Shown here piece after piece: positions 1 through 13,345 of a stretch of 64,000 bases of DNA (position 1 is its first letter; every line of letters starts with the position of its first letter). The stretch lies in assembly GCF_006345805.1 (NCBI RefSeq), contig NC_043002.1, forward strand, positions 100,068,001-100,132,000, read 5' to 3'. The notes below the pieces were generated by a model, which was not told the origin of the DNA, searched no databases, and saw only the letters and a program-made list of their open reading frames with translations. The DNA comes from Octopus sinensis. Lineage: Eukaryota. A program made the translations under genes and the position numbers.

Positions 1-170
1 AAGGGCCGGCCTTGTCACTCTCTGTGTCACGCTCAATATCCCCGAGAACTACGTTAAGGGTACACGTGTCTGTGGAGTGCTCAGCCACTTACACGTTAAT
101 TTCACGAGCAGGCTGTTCCGTTGATTCGGATCAACCGGAACCCTCGTCGTCGTAACCGACGGAGTGCTTC
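1..170 (+). mobile_element. 3' half of tRNA-derived SINE family A (cut by window edge)
   Basis: Near-identical to 53510-53677 and 48490-48587; ends in the family tail ACCCTCGTCGTCGTAACCGACGGAGTGCTTC. Confidence 0.9.
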
Positions 171-325
171 CTCTCTACGACAATAGCAGTAGAACAGAAG
201 GGAAATTTTACATTAGAAGGAATTAGAATTCAGAATGTAAATTGCCCGACCTAAAATAATGTAAATTGTACAATGTTCTACGCTCTCACTATTCATTTAA
301 TTCAGCGGCCGATCCGTGGCAAAAT

Positions 326-1165
326 AATCCTGTCTAATATAGGCACAAGGCCTGGAATTTTGAGGAGGGAGATAGTCGATTCTATCGACTCCATTACTCA
401 ACTGGTACTTAATTTATCGACCCCGAAAGGATGAAAGGCAAAGTCGACCTCGGGGGAATTTGAACTCAGAATGAAACGGCAGACGAAATACCTAGTTCTT
501 TACTGCCCACAAGGGACTAAACACAGAGAGGACAAACAAGGACTGACAAACGGATTGAATCGATTCTATCGACCCCAGTGCGTAGCTGGTACTTAATTTA
601 TCGACCCCGAAAGGATGAAAGGCAAAGTCGACCTCGGCGGAATTTGAACTCATAACGTAACGGAAGACGAAATACCGCTAAGCATTTCGCCCGGCGTGCT
701 AACGTTTCTGCCATCTCGCCGCTTTCGATCCGTAGCAAAATAATAGTTTCTAATTTAGGTAAAAGTTCTGCAGTTTCGCGAGTTAAGGTTAGTTGATACC
801 ATCGACGCCAGCACTTGAATGATAGTTTATTTGTCCTCAGCAAGATTTGAGCCCGTAACGTAGTAATGAGTACGAAGAAATATAATAAAGCATTTTTCTG
901 ACGCTCTATTTTGCCAAACCAGCGCCCTAAATAAACGTTTCTAGTATGTGCACAAGACCTGATATTAGTCTATTATATTTACCCCGAGCTCAACTGCTAC
1001 ATATTCTATCGGTCCTGAAAGTATGAAAGACAAAGTCGACCTCGGTGGCTTAGAACTCAAACGTAAAGATCCGGAGGAAATGCTGATAATCATTTTGTCC
1101 GGCGCGGTAACCTTTCCACCAGCTCGCCGCCTTCAACGCCCTAAGCAATAAACGTTTCTAGTATT
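326..1165 (-). mobile_element. Cluster of head-to-tail SINE family B units (dimer at 326-722 plus two degenerate units)
   Basis: Repeated core GTCGACTTTGCCTTTCATCCTTTCGGGGTCGATAAATTAAGTACCAG on the minus strand with a tRNA-like head (B box GAGTTCAAATTCC). Confidence 0.88.
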
Positions 1166-2594
1166 TCCTGTATCTGTGTTAGTTAATTACGTAAAATGGT
1201 AATTCTCCTCTGTTTAGTTTACTGCAGTATATCACTGGTATATATAACTTTATCAAGTGAAATCTCAAGAAAACAACATTCGATTTAGTTCACGATTAAA
1301 TTGAGAAAATAGGGTCACGAAACTGAATAATGTTTTAGTCTGGCACCATGCCAAATAATTAAGTGGATCTGATCAATATGTATGTGTGTATAGAAAAATT
1401 GAAGCGCTGCTACAGGTGCAGTCTAATACACGTTGCCACTTCTATGCTGTGTATTTCTATACATTTCAGCTCCTTTGAAAAGAAGAGATCCTGCAATCTC
1501 AACATGATTACTTGACCTTCTTGAAAAAGTAGCCACAACTCATGTAAATCAAACTCTATCATCCTAATCGAAGAAAAAAGGGAAAAACATTGTTATGTGA
1601 GACATGTTACGCTATACATGTAAAGATATATAACATAGTAATTGCTTGAATGCCTAGCGTATAAAATCCTAGCGTATCAATCAATAATAACAATAATAAC
1701 AGCAGTAACAAAAAGAGTATCAACAAAATGACATGTATTTAACGTAGAAAATGTGAACAAAGAAACGTATTGCAGGTTTATGGTATAAATAAAGCTCCAC
1801 TTGAATTAAACCCACATTGAAATGAAGCCAAATTCCGTGATTTACTTGAACTGAAATATATAAATTCTGGAGATTATGGCAAACATGAATATCGAAGATT
1901 AACCGAAAGAAATATCTATGTCCTTGATTCATAAATAAGGCTAGATTATCATGTACCACGTATGTACCTGGAATAACGATGTCATGAGAGAATCTCGTAA
2001 AGCATGAGGTCAAATTTGATGACCTTTGTGATCTTCTAATTTCATTGAAAATGAAGACGAAATAACTTCTATGCGGTCTGTTGCTGTACTAGAAATCGCT
2101 TGCATATTTTTCTTAAAACATACGATGCAGTTTTAGTAACAGAGTGAAACGAAAAACAGATTGTAGTTCTGGTGATACTATCTGGGAAAATAAAGAATAA
2201 TACTGGATAGTCACAATTGGAAAAACCTCTGACCACAGATCTCGATTACGGTTTTGTGGCAGTAATCAGCAAACAGGAATGATAATGATGTTGATGAAGA
2301 GGAAAAGATACTGAAGATACTTTTAACATTAGACCAATCTTACAAAAGAATGAAGGGAAGTATAATCGATAGGGGAGGTTTCAGTATTTCGTTTGAGCTT
2401 TGTTTTATCGATCCCGAGGAACGTGTACCGCAACGTGATTTGTTTAGTGTCCTACCAATTCCACCATACAATGCATTCATACGAATGAAAATAATGAAAT
2501 ATCACCGGAAACAAGAAAACAATAATAATCACCACCGCAAAGCAAAGCTGATATAATATACAAATAAAATTCTATATCACCGAAAGACAGAGTC

Positions 2595-2796
2595 ACTCTT
2601 TTACTTGCTTCAGTCATTTGACTGTGGCCATGCTGGAGCACCGCCTTTAGTCGAGGAAATCAACCCCAGGACTTATTCTTTGTAAGCCTAGTACTTATTC
2701 TATCGGTTTCTTTTGCCGAACCGATAAGTTACGGGGACGATAAGTTACGAGCATCGGTTGTCAAGCGATGTTGGGGGTACAAACACAGACACAGAA

Positions 2797-2827
<31 letters not shown>

Positions 2828-2995
2828 TATATAGACATATATACGACGAGCGTCTTTTAGTTTTCGTCTACCAAATCCACTCACAAATCTTTGGTCGGCC
2901 CGAGGGTATAGTAGAAGACACTTGCCCAAGGTGCCTGAACCCGGAACAACGTGGTTCGTAAGGAAGTTACTTACCACACAGCCACTCCTACGCCT
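2595..2995 (-). mobile_element. Full-length tRNA-derived SINE family C with internal (TA)/(TG) microsatellite
   Basis: Matches copies at 6352-6751, 10294-10685 and 31562-31965; A/B-box-like head, tail GGCGGTGCTCCAGCATGGCC...CTGAAGCAAGTAAAAGAGT. Confidence 0.9.
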
Positions 2996-3079
2996 ATGAG
3001 TTCTAAGTCAGAGATGTATACGGCTAACCAATAGATTAATAATGAGGATAATGATGATGATAGTCATCATCACCATTTC

Positions 3080-3760
3080 TGCTATGGGAATAAGGCCAGA
3101 AATTTGAGGAGGGTGGCACCCAGATCTTGACTAATATTTTATTTTGTCGACACTGAAAGGATGAAAGCAAAGTCGTCCTTGGTGATATTTGAACTTAGAA
3201 TATAATAATTAGGAAATAATAGTGTTAAGTTCTTTGTTCGGCGCGCTAACGATTCTGCCATTACGCTGCCTTTAATAGTGGTTTCTAGGCTAGCGATTTT
3301 AGGGTGTAAGAGGGGGTTTAAATCGATTACATCGACCCCAGTCCGTGGCTGCTACTAATTTTATTGACCTCTGAGGGACGAAATGCAAAGTGGAATATAA
3401 ACTCAGAATATGAACTCAGTGGAATATAAACTCAGAGTATGAACTCAGTGGAATATGAACTCAGAATATAAAGAACTAGAAGAAATACCTGTAAGTTTGA
3501 TGTCCTACGCGCTAATGATTCTACCAGCTCACTGCGTTAATCCTCTCTGCTACAGGCCAGAAGTCTGAAACTTGAAGGGAAAGGGTCAGTTTATTACATC
3601 GACCCCAGTGTTCAACTACTACGTATGACATCGACCAAAGAAGATAACAGGAAAAGTCGACTTCGACGAAGTTTGAACTCGCAATATCGAGACAGACAAA
3701 TGCATTTAAGCATTTCTCCAGGCGTGATAACGATTCTTTCAGCTTAATCATAAAAAAAAC
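3080..3760 (-). mobile_element. Cluster of about three degenerate SINE B units, including a 29-bp tandem repeat at 3390-3470
   Basis: Recurrent GAAAGGATGAAAG/AAAGTCGAC/TTTGAACTC motifs; GTGGAATATAAACTCAGAATATGAACTCA repeated about 2.7 times. Confidence 0.7.
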
Positions 3761-4361
3761 AGAAACAACAATAATTATCTCACGTGACATGTATATCGAT
3801 GATTAAGAGATTGGTGCTTTTAGTGTTATTGATTATGCGAGTTAGTTAATATTGCAAATGTTACTTTGATATTGAGTGATTATTGTATAAAACTCATGTT
3901 TTCTTCTCTTTATTATGTTTCTCTCATACTTCATCAATTCTTTACCACTTTTTACAATTTCTTTCTTATCACCTCATTTCTGATCAACAAACTACTTGAT
4001 TCGTTGTTTGACAATATTTGAAGTTCGAATAATAATTAAATACGGTTCATCATGTGAAGAGAAGCCTGACTTAAACTTTCTTTTGATTCGCGTCTAAAAT
4101 ATTCAATAATCAACATCGCGATATGGTTTCTCAATACCGTACAGAACTTTTTTATACTAGAATGTGATGAATTTTTCATTAATACTATTAACGTCTCTGT
4201 CTCACATAACTGAAGATTCTATCCTATAAATACTCTGTTATACTGAATACAGATTTGAATACACGCATGCTGGTAAATTTGTCCCTTGAACAGCTGACGA
4301 AGCTGATTCAACTCTAGCCGACAGTAACTGTAGTATATATGGGCAAAGTAAAAACAAAAAC

Positions 4362-4394
<33 letters not shown>

Positions 4395-5356
4395 CATGAA
4401 GTACATGGTGATGTCGGAAAAAACTTTGTCCATCGGGGAGTTTTCAGGAAAATTCAGGCCGTTCATCTGTTGCGTAAATTCATGGATCTAATATTTTGAC
4501 CTATTTTCAGTGCGTTTTATAATGAAGAAAATGAAGGGGGGGGGGTTGATGGTGCTGCCACTTCAGTTCATAGCTTGCCTTGGCTTTTGTCAGTCAGGGG
4601 ATAAAAATGAATGAGTCTTACTACACCTAAGTTTAATCGGTAGTTGTTGTTCGAAGTAGGTTACCGAAGTCGACACATTTCGAAAATTGCTTAACTTGGT
4701 AACAAATATTCGTCTTATTATATAACCTAAATCCGCATATTTAAGTTCACCATTCTGTAGTTTTGTTTAAAATCAATATAACCGAATAATATATTTCCAA
4801 ACGCAATACGGGTAGATAATTTATAGATGGAATTTCATGAGCTGATGTTTTTGCAAACAGTTAAAAGGCCTACATAGTCTACGATGAAAGTGAAACCCAG
4901 CACGGCTGATCCCAGTTTTTCTATCCCCGGCGATATTGTGTAAAAATACAAAATGTTCACGACTATTAAATAATGTATAGGTTAGAATCTACAGTTCCAT
5001 TCTTCAATATAGAATGGAACTGAAACGAAAGACTATTTTGTTTACTGGTCTCTGGCAGCGGAACGAAAATAAAAAGCAAAACAAAAAAAAACAAAGAATA
5101 AAACCCAGTGTCTGAAGAAAGCTTGGTTTTCGATTGAATCAATAAAATTTGCACATGTATTGCGTGCATTTTAATCTTGCTTACACACACACATACACAC
5201 ACACACGTTTAAATTTCCAACAGACTATCTGCAAATGTATATTAAGCACAATATATTACTACTTTTTCTTTCGTCTCTACGCGCACACAACAATTTCTCT
5301 ATCTATCTATTCCCCACCTCTCTCTCCCTCCCTATATCTCTCTCTCTCTCTCACTA

Positions 5357-5408
<52 letters not shown>

Positions 5409-6077
5409 AAATGTGTTTGAAAATATTAATGTCCTGGTATAACGGTTTTGTTGGAGAACATATATGCTTAGTTCAGAGTTAGAAAGAAATGAATTTATTA
5501 GCGAATAATTTTATAAATGGGATTTCATGTTTGAGTAGCTTTTGCTTAATGTGTTTTCCAATTTGTCTTGCGCAAAAATATAGGGTTAAAAACCCTTCTT
5601 GACGATGATAGAATTTTAATGTGGCTTCTTGAATTAAAACTAACTGAAACATTTTATTACTTTACTGTATTGGAGAGTATGTCTTTTTTATTTGTGTGTT
5701 TCGTACGGGTGTATAAATACGCGTTTGTGTGAGTCGTAATCAGTGTTTCATATTTATTTTGCGTCAATACGCAGCGTATGTTTTTATCAGTGTTTGTCTT
5801 TAGTTAACCTTTGTGTATACTTGCGGTGTATACATACCTGAACTCCCAGATGCGTTTAAGCATGACTTTTGTATATATCCATTAAAGTATAAGCTTTATG
5901 TGTCTATTAGTCAATGTTACACGAGTAGCAGGTGTAGACATTTGTTTTGATTTTTCCAACTTGTCATGCTGTTGCTTTGTAGACTTTTTGTTTCTGTAAA
6001 ATGTCCATATAAGGAGCATAGTTTATTTAGTGTATTCGAATGAGTTTCCGAGTGTGACACACGCGTGCGCGCTGGCA

Positions 6078-6252
6078 CGAGGGGGTGCTGAAGAGTTTCT
6101 GGCTTTAGGTAAAAGAAGATAAAAGCGGATCGGTTAATTATGATTTTACCTCTGAGATTCACATTCATATTGCAGACTCGGAAGATTGGGCTTCCAACGA
6201 GGTGTTTCGCGAGAGACCCTTAAAGCCAAGAACTTTTCACTGCCCCCTCTCA
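6078..6252. mobile_element. Tc1/mariner-type MITE (~175 bp)
   Basis: Imperfect ~30-bp terminal inverted repeats (CGAGGGGGTGCTGAAGAGTTTCTGGCTTTAG vs rc of CTTAAAGCCAAGAACTTTTCACTGCCCCCTCTCA); TA on the right, CA on the left; no ORF. Confidence 0.7.
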
Positions 6253-6261
6253 TATATGAAA

Positions 6262-6268
6262 GACAGAC

Positions 6269-6333
<65 letters not shown>
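6262..6333 (+). repeat. (GACA)2(GATA)n microsatellite
   Basis: Direct reading. Confidence 0.97.
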
Positions 6334-6351
6334 TACACATGAGACAAAGGA

Positions 6352-6751
6352 TTACTCTGTTACTCTTTTACTTGTTTCAGTCATTTGTCTGCGGCCATGC
6401 TGAAGTACAGCCTTTAGTCGAGCAAATCGACCCAGGACTTATTCTTTGTAAGCCTAGTACTTATTCTATCGGTCTCTTATGCCGAACCGCTAAGTTACGA
6501 GGACGTAAACACACCAGCATCGGTTATCAAGCGATGTTGGGGGACAGACACACACACACACCACACACACATATATATATATATAAACGACGGGCTTCTT
6601 TCAGTTTCCGTCTACCAAATCCACTCACAAGGCTTTGGTCGGCCCAAGGCTATTGCAGAAAACACTTGCCCAAGGTGCCACACAGTGGGATTGAACCCGG
6701 AACCATGTGGTTGGTAAGCAAGCTACTTGCCACACAGCCACTCTTGCGCCT
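6352..6751 (-). mobile_element. Full-length SINE family C
   Basis: Co-linear with 2595-2995 and 31562-31965. Confidence 0.92.
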
Positions 6752-7660
6752 ATTGATAAGATTTATTTTTTAAAAATCATTTCCTCTAGTTTTACAGTAT
6801 TGCTACTGTGTTTAAATATTCAATATTCAATACGAATTATTTTTATTGAAGTATTTTGATAATAGAGTACTGTAACTGTAACTATCTTACATATTCACTA
6901 CACAGCTTTAACAAATGAGTCCTACCGTGAAGCTGTTCATCAAAATTGTCCTATTCATTATAATAGGGGTTTCTATAAATCAAAGCTAATGAATTATACT
7001 GTCCGCATGGGGCGCATGCCTATAGCAAACGTTTAGTGTAATGCATATTTAAAATATGTTCTGTATGTGCGTTTTGCTAATCAGTAACACAAAAGTAAAT
7101 TTTTATGCAATTCCCTCTTCTCAAACGATTAAATAGAATACTACACAATTTAAAAGATTATTTGAACGATTTTCTGTCGACACACTATATTTATAGCATT
7201 TCCAATTATTTGTATAATAAGCAAGCGATTCTGTTCATCAACGCTTGCTTGTATAGTGTATCTGTCTCACAGGCTCTCTCTCTCTCTCTCTCTCTCCTTC
7301 TGTCTCTCTCTCTCTCACGCACACACACATGTACACACGCGCGCACACACACACACTGGCGCACATATGCAAGCACACTCAAACTCTCGCGCAAGCGTGC
7401 AAAAAAATACACACACACACACACACACAGATCTGCATACTGGAGCACATTCACAACTATGAAATACTAGTTTATTTCAATATCGAAACAAACTACGTAA
7501 ATGGATCTCCGTCAGTTTCAATGGTGCCTATTCTGGTTGTTCAATCAACTGAACCGTATGCTCATTATAGTGTGAGTGAGACAATTGTACTAGTAATGTA
7601 CATTTCAAGCGGAACCATTTAAAGACTACATTTAACAAGAATGTGTGTGTATCTTATTTT

Positions 7661-7662
<2 letters not shown>

Positions 7663-7709
<47 letters not shown>
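7663..7709 (+). repeat. (CA)n microsatellite
   Basis: Direct reading. Confidence 0.97.
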
Positions 7710-7710
<1 letters not shown>

Positions 7711-7764
7711 CACACGAAATTGAAATATGCATTTTACTGCAGCATTTCAATTGTACTCACTAAG

Positions 7765-8066
7765 ACATATGTGATCATGTGACCGACTAGGCTATCAGAT
7801 GTTGCTACATATCGCTGGTCACAATGCGCTTCGCATTGTTTTAGCCGACAAATGACGCCACACCGCTGGCTAAGCGAGCAGGCCAACAGAAGAAAGAGTG
7901 AGAGAAAGTTGCGGCGAAAGAGTATAGCAGGCGAAGAGTACTGCCGGAGCATCGTGGAAACTTTAAGTTTTTTTCGCTCTATAAGCACTCACAACGCCTA
8001 GTCTGGGAATCGAAACCGCGTTCCTACGAGTCCGCTACACTAACCACTGGGCCATTGCGCCTCCAC
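7765..8066 (-). mobile_element. SINE with the family-A tRNA head and a different 3' body
   Basis: 5' part (TGGAGGCGCAATGGCCCAGTGGTTAG...GGTTTCGATTCCCAGAC...) matches 53296 onward; the 3' ~140 bp (GCCTGCTCGCTTAGCCAGC...GGTCACATGATCACATATG) has no match to family A. Confidence 0.8.
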
Positions 8067-8881
8067 ATGACATATGTAATAACTAGTATATACGTTTACT
8101 AACAACACCCAGGGCTCACGTAGACGCACAATCATAGTCAAAGCATATGATTTTAGTATCGACATTTTAGTTATACACACTAACAACACACAAGCACATA
8201 TATGCCACAAACGTATATATACCATCATACAAATCCACCATACACTTTTATGTTACTATCGCTATATGCACTTTAACAAACACACATACGCACACGCCAC
8301 AGACATGTATATAACCACCATATAATATTTGTACCAGCAACGTATTCATATGAAGATGCACTAAGCCGATTCGGCAACAGAATACTGCAGAATTTTCTAG
8401 ACCTACTTGTCTGTATTTATCGGTCGGTCTTTCTGAATAATTGTACTTTCTACTGGATCAAATCGTAATCGATCGCTGTGACATAGGTTACTGAAAGTAT
8501 AAAGCAATTTCCTTTCAAAGAGAATATTATATTGCCTGGCCAAGCACTTGTAAGCGAACTGTCTCGAAGTTTTAGCACTTTCGGGAATATATTCTCTTAT
8601 TTTCCTTTTAGTAAATGTCCTGGTTTTCTTTCTTGCTATATTTTGTAATTTACTTATTTTCATCCAATAATTGTTGCAGCTTCGAAACAGGCGCTCCTAT
8701 AAACAGCAAAGAAGTAAATTGTTTAGAAGTATCCAGATTGCGAAGGGGGTGTGGATAATAAGTGTGTAAGTGTGTGGGCATTTCCTTGCGTGTGTAAAAT
8801 TATACATAGAAAGCGGTAGCTCATATAATGCTCAACATTACTTCAATGATACATTGACCTTGTGCCACCAACAAAATTTGC

Positions 8882-8916
<35 letters not shown>

Positions 8917-8944
8917 TGATGATAATGATAATAATAATGATAAT

Positions 8945-10190
8945 AATAATTTTGGCACAAGGTCAGCAATTAAGTGGAGGGAGTAAGTCAATTATATCGA
9001 CTCAGTATTCAACTGGTACTTATCTTTTCGACCCCGAAAGGATGAAAGGAGAGTCGATCATAGCGGAATTTGAACTCGGAATATGAAGCCGCTAAGCATT
9101 TTGCACGGCGTGCTTGCGATTTTGCCAGCTCACTGTGTTGATAATAATAAGAGTAGTAGTAGTAGTTTCAAATTTTGCCAGAAGAGCAAATTTGGGGAAG
9201 GAGATGAGTCGATTGCATAGAAACCAGTGTTCAACTGGTACTTATTTTAGCGACCCCAAAAGGATGAAAGGCAAAGTCGAGTTTGAACTCAGAACGTAGC
9301 GACGGGCAAAATACCTCTAAGCATTGAGCCCGGCGTGCTAACGATTCTGCCAGCTCACAGCCTTAATAATAATGATAATAATAATCCTTTCTACAATAGG
9401 CACAAGGCCTGAAATTTTGTTGGAGGGGGCCAGTCGATTTGATTGACTCCAATACGCAACTGGTATTTAATTTATCGAAGCGATAGGACAAAAGGGAAAT
9501 TCGACCTCGGCGAGATTTGATCTCAAAATGTAAAGACGGGCGAAATGCCGCTAAGCATTTTGCCTGGCATGCTAAAGATTCTGCCAGCTCACCGCGATTG
9601 AAAATAATAATGATTATGATGATGAAACTTGTTTCCTACAATAAGAAGTGGATAGTCAATAGCATCAGCCCGCCAGTGCTCAAGAGGTACATATTTTTTG
9701 GAGCTCAGAAAGGATGAAACATAAAGTCGGCCTCGGCAGAATTTTTTATCTCACAGCATAAAGCCCGAAGGAATGGCGCTAATCATTTTGTTCAGCATGA
9801 TAAATATTCCGGCAAATATTAATAGAAATTCTTCTGCCGTATATTCCTTTCCTTTCTACTCCAGGCACAAGGCCCGAAATTTTGGGGAATGGGGCTAGTC
9901 GATTGGATCGACTCCAGTATGCAACTGGTACTTAATTTAAAGACAGACAAAATACCTATTTCTTTACTACCCACAAGGGGCTAAACATAGAGTAGACAAA
10001 CAAGGACAGACAAACGGATTAAGTCGATTACATCGACCCGAGTGCGTAACTGGTACTTAATTTATCGACCCCGAAAGAATGAAAGGCAAAGTCGACTTCA
10101 GTGGAACTTCAATTCAGAACGTAACGGCAGACGAAATACGGCTAAGAATTTCGCCCGGCGTGCTAACGTTTCTGCCGGCTCACCGACTTC
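8945..10190 (-). mobile_element. Array of about 5-6 head-to-tail SINE B units separated by (AAT)n-like spacers
   Basis: Head (GCTAAGCATTT...CGGCGTGCTAACG...CTGCCAGCTC on +) and core recur about every 200-250 bp. Confidence 0.85.
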
Positions 10191-10293
10191 TGCCATATAT
10201 TAATAGAAATTTCTTTGTCGCATGCAAGATGGGATATTTCACGACTAAGTTACGAAAAGCGGGGAACGTTATGAAAATGATTGTGAAGAAAAT

Positions 10294-10685
10294 GCGTGGC
10301 TGTGTGATAAGAGGCTTGCCTCACCATCACATAGTTCCGAGTTCAGTCCCACTGCGTGGCACCTTGGGCAGATGTGTTCTACTATAATCTCAGGCTAACT
10401 AAAACCTTGTGAGTGGATTTGGTAGACAGAAACTGAAAGAAGCCCGTCTTATATATATATATACATATGTGTTTGTGTGTTTGTCCCCTCCATTACCTCT
10501 TGACAACCGGTGTTGGTGTGTTTCCGTCCCTGTAACTTAGTATCTCAGCAAAAAAGATCCTATAGAATAAGTACTGAGCTTTAAAGAAAATAGTCGTGGG
10601 TTCGATTTGTTTGAATAGAACTCTCTAAGGCGGTGCTCCCACATGGCCGCAGTGAAATGAGTGAAACAAGTAAAACAAAATAAAA
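10294..10685 (+). mobile_element. SINE family C
   Basis: GTGGCTGTGTG...GAGTTCAGTCCCACTGCGTGGCACCTTGGGCA...GGCGGTGCTCCCACATGGCCGCAG...GAAACAAGTAAAA. Confidence 0.88.
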
Positions 10686-11564
10686 GTATAATAAAAATCA
10701 AATCAGAAATATGTCTCTATGACGTGGCCACCTTTCATGAATCTGGTTTCTTTTTTGAGAACCTGTGGCATGTACATATCTAAAAATTCTGTCAAGCACA
10801 TGATGAGAGTAGGCACGTTGTGCAAGTCCATACATGTCACACTCACATTTATGCAGTTTATAGAAAAATGTTATACTTCATCCATCTGCACATTATCTAT
10901 TCCTTAATCTTGGAAAAGTAATAATGTAGGTCTACAATAAGAACAAAGATTCCGTCCACTAAATCTCGTGCACTACTTTCATTATAATCACCTTTGAGAG
11001 GAAAACAGTCTCCTCTAACTTGTAAACATGGCATGTGATCTGATCATTTCTATGGACGGAGTTGATAGCCGGATGTATTTTACTTGAAAATCAGCTTTAC
11101 ATGTGAGCAATTTTCGGATGCTTTGTACGGGCTCATCGAACGTTTTCATGTTTCATTTGTACATCAACGATTTACTTACTTGATGACATTAGAATGTTAG
11201 TAGACTATACACACCTACCACACACTCACACGCACACACGAACACATAGTTCTCGATTCTTTTTTCTCTATATATGACAGGAGAATAAAGTGCGAAATAT
11301 TTAAACGTCTTAAAACGTTTTATGAGAACAACTAAGCAATAAATGATTTTAAGCTTACGTTAGCCTTTTAACTCATTTAACTATATCAGAATTATTACGA
11401 GATATATTAAGGAAATGTACGTGTAGTAACATAAATTGACTTCACTGCCATATGTTCCATTATATGGAACGTATCATTCCAACCCGATTTCTTTTAGGCT
11501 TTACACTATAGAAGGCTCTTTATAATCCTGGCACGCGTGCGCGCACACACACACTTATATATAT

Positions 11565-11607
<43 letters not shown>

Positions 11608-12085
11608 AGCACAATTTCATGATTGCCAGATCCATTGCATAATACTGTATGTGGTAGTATTGTATTCTCTTGTTAAAAGTAGACCATTTTCAGACAGTTT
11701 TCATTCTCTTTCTCCTAATGGCTTCTTCATATATTTGAGCATTCCAAAGTACCGCTCGCAGTTCATGGTACCACCACGATTTAGAAATGGCAAACATAAT
11801 GACGCCCTTGTCATCCACATAACACATTCACCATGATTTTCGCAGCTAATTGCTTTCTCTGGAACATTTTAATTCTTAGAAATAGAATGTGACAACATTC
11901 CGTAGACTGAACGTTGGTGTCCGAAAACAAAATATACACCTGCGTTTCATACTCTGAAACCACATCATAAAAATGAGGCTTCATTACTTTCAAACTCTAC
12001 CAGCAGATCACAGACGAATTTCAAAATTCTCTCCTCCTTCAAATCGGATGTCAGCTGTTGAGGTACCAACTTGTACAAATTTTCT

Positions 12086-12321
12086 TATTTCTTTATTGAC
12101 CACAAAGAGCTAAACATAGAGAGTGCAAACAAGGACAGACAGAGGGATTAAGTCGATTATATCGACCCCCAGTGCGTAACTGGCGCTTAATTTATCCACC
12201 CTGAAAGGATGAGAGGCAAAGTCAACCTCGGCGGAATTTGAACTCAGAAGATAACGGCAGACGAAATTCTTCTAAGCATTTCGCCCGGCGTGCCAAAGAT
12301 TCTGCCAGCTCGCTGCCTTTT
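12086..12321 (-). mobile_element. SINE B monomer with a 20-bp target-site duplication
   Basis: CCAACTTGTACAAATTTTCT at 12066-12085 and 12322-12341 flanks a complete head-core-tail unit. Confidence 0.93.
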
Positions 12322-12997
12322 CCAACTTGTACAAATTTTCTGATATCCGATGTTGACATAAGATACACACGATTCGTTTTGTTCTCGCTCTGATTATTCG
12401 TATCAGCGATCGAAGCAAATGGTCTCTAGTGATGTAGTTTATCTTGAGTGATGGTTACCGCTACTTAAAAACCTTCAATTCTGCTCTGCTCTCTTCTTTT
12501 GTCAATAGTGTCGTCTTATGTAGCCTATAGTATTTGATAGCATATAACTAGGAACACATTATTTACCTGCAATAATATTTACCTGTATTTAAGAGAAAAT
12601 TATTGCACCAACATGTGCAATTTGAATGTCTCGTGTTGAAATTTATGCATACTTTTGTATTACTTTCGCAACAAGTCTGCATGTATATATATGTGTGTGT
12701 GTGTGTGTGTATAGATATATGAAGTGACGGCGCGTGCTGACTAGCACTACTTATGCTAAAATAAGAGTTTAATTAACTCTAAAGCCACTAAAGCACTATG
12801 CTTAATGACTGACAAAGGGAGATGAGTCCCTAGCGTACACAGCTGTATCACGATTTCGAATTTTGGTGCAGACCAGCTTAATTCTCCCCAGCGGCTAGTG
12901 TAAAACTCAAACTTCCTTTGTCAATCATGTGCTGATTTTCAAAAAAGTTAAAGTGGAAACAACAAATTAATAGGGTGGTTTATTAGCAATTAGAAAC

Positions 12998-13126
12998 TCG
13001 GCAAAAGAGACCGATAGAATAAGTGCTAGGCTTACAAAGAATAAATCCTGGGGTCGATTTGCTCGACTAAAGGCGGTGCTCCAGCATGGCTGCAGTCAAA
13101 TGACTGAAACAAGTAAAAGAGTAAAA
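12998..13126 (+). mobile_element. 3' fragment of SINE family C
   Basis: CGGCAAAAGAGACCGATAGAATAAG...GGCGGTGCTCCAGCATGG...GAAACAAGTAAAAGAGTAA. Confidence 0.88.
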
Positions 13127-13141
13127 AGCAAATACATACAT

Positions 13142-13213
<72 letters not shown>

Positions 13214-13287
13214 AACAGGATGTCAAACATTCAAGCAAAGCAAATATCTCAAGTCATATGCAATATTATTATAGGAAGAAATTCAAA

Positions 13288-13345
13288 TTTACAGCTGTTT
13301 CTGGGATATCTCCGAGTATGGGATGTTCCGTCATCAGAGACAAAT
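13288..13345 (-). ncRNA. Degenerate minimal type I hammerhead ribozyme motif
   Basis: Minus strand: CTGATGA-CGGAACATC-(11 nt loop)-GATATCCCA-GAAAC-AGCT-GTA; palindromic stem III ACAGCTGT; the stem II defects are all transitions; stem I is not recoverable. Confidence 0.5.

Noticed and set aside
8403-8663. 86-aa minus ORF and other 60-100 aa ORFs in unique AT-rich DNA
   Set aside because: No domain signature, splice structure or codon pattern I can support.
8945-10190. Repeat-spacer appearance of SINE B arrays and the 247-bp array as a possible CRISPR
   Set aside because: Units are 200-250 bp, diverged SINEs or spacer-less tandem copies; no cas genes; eukaryotic context.
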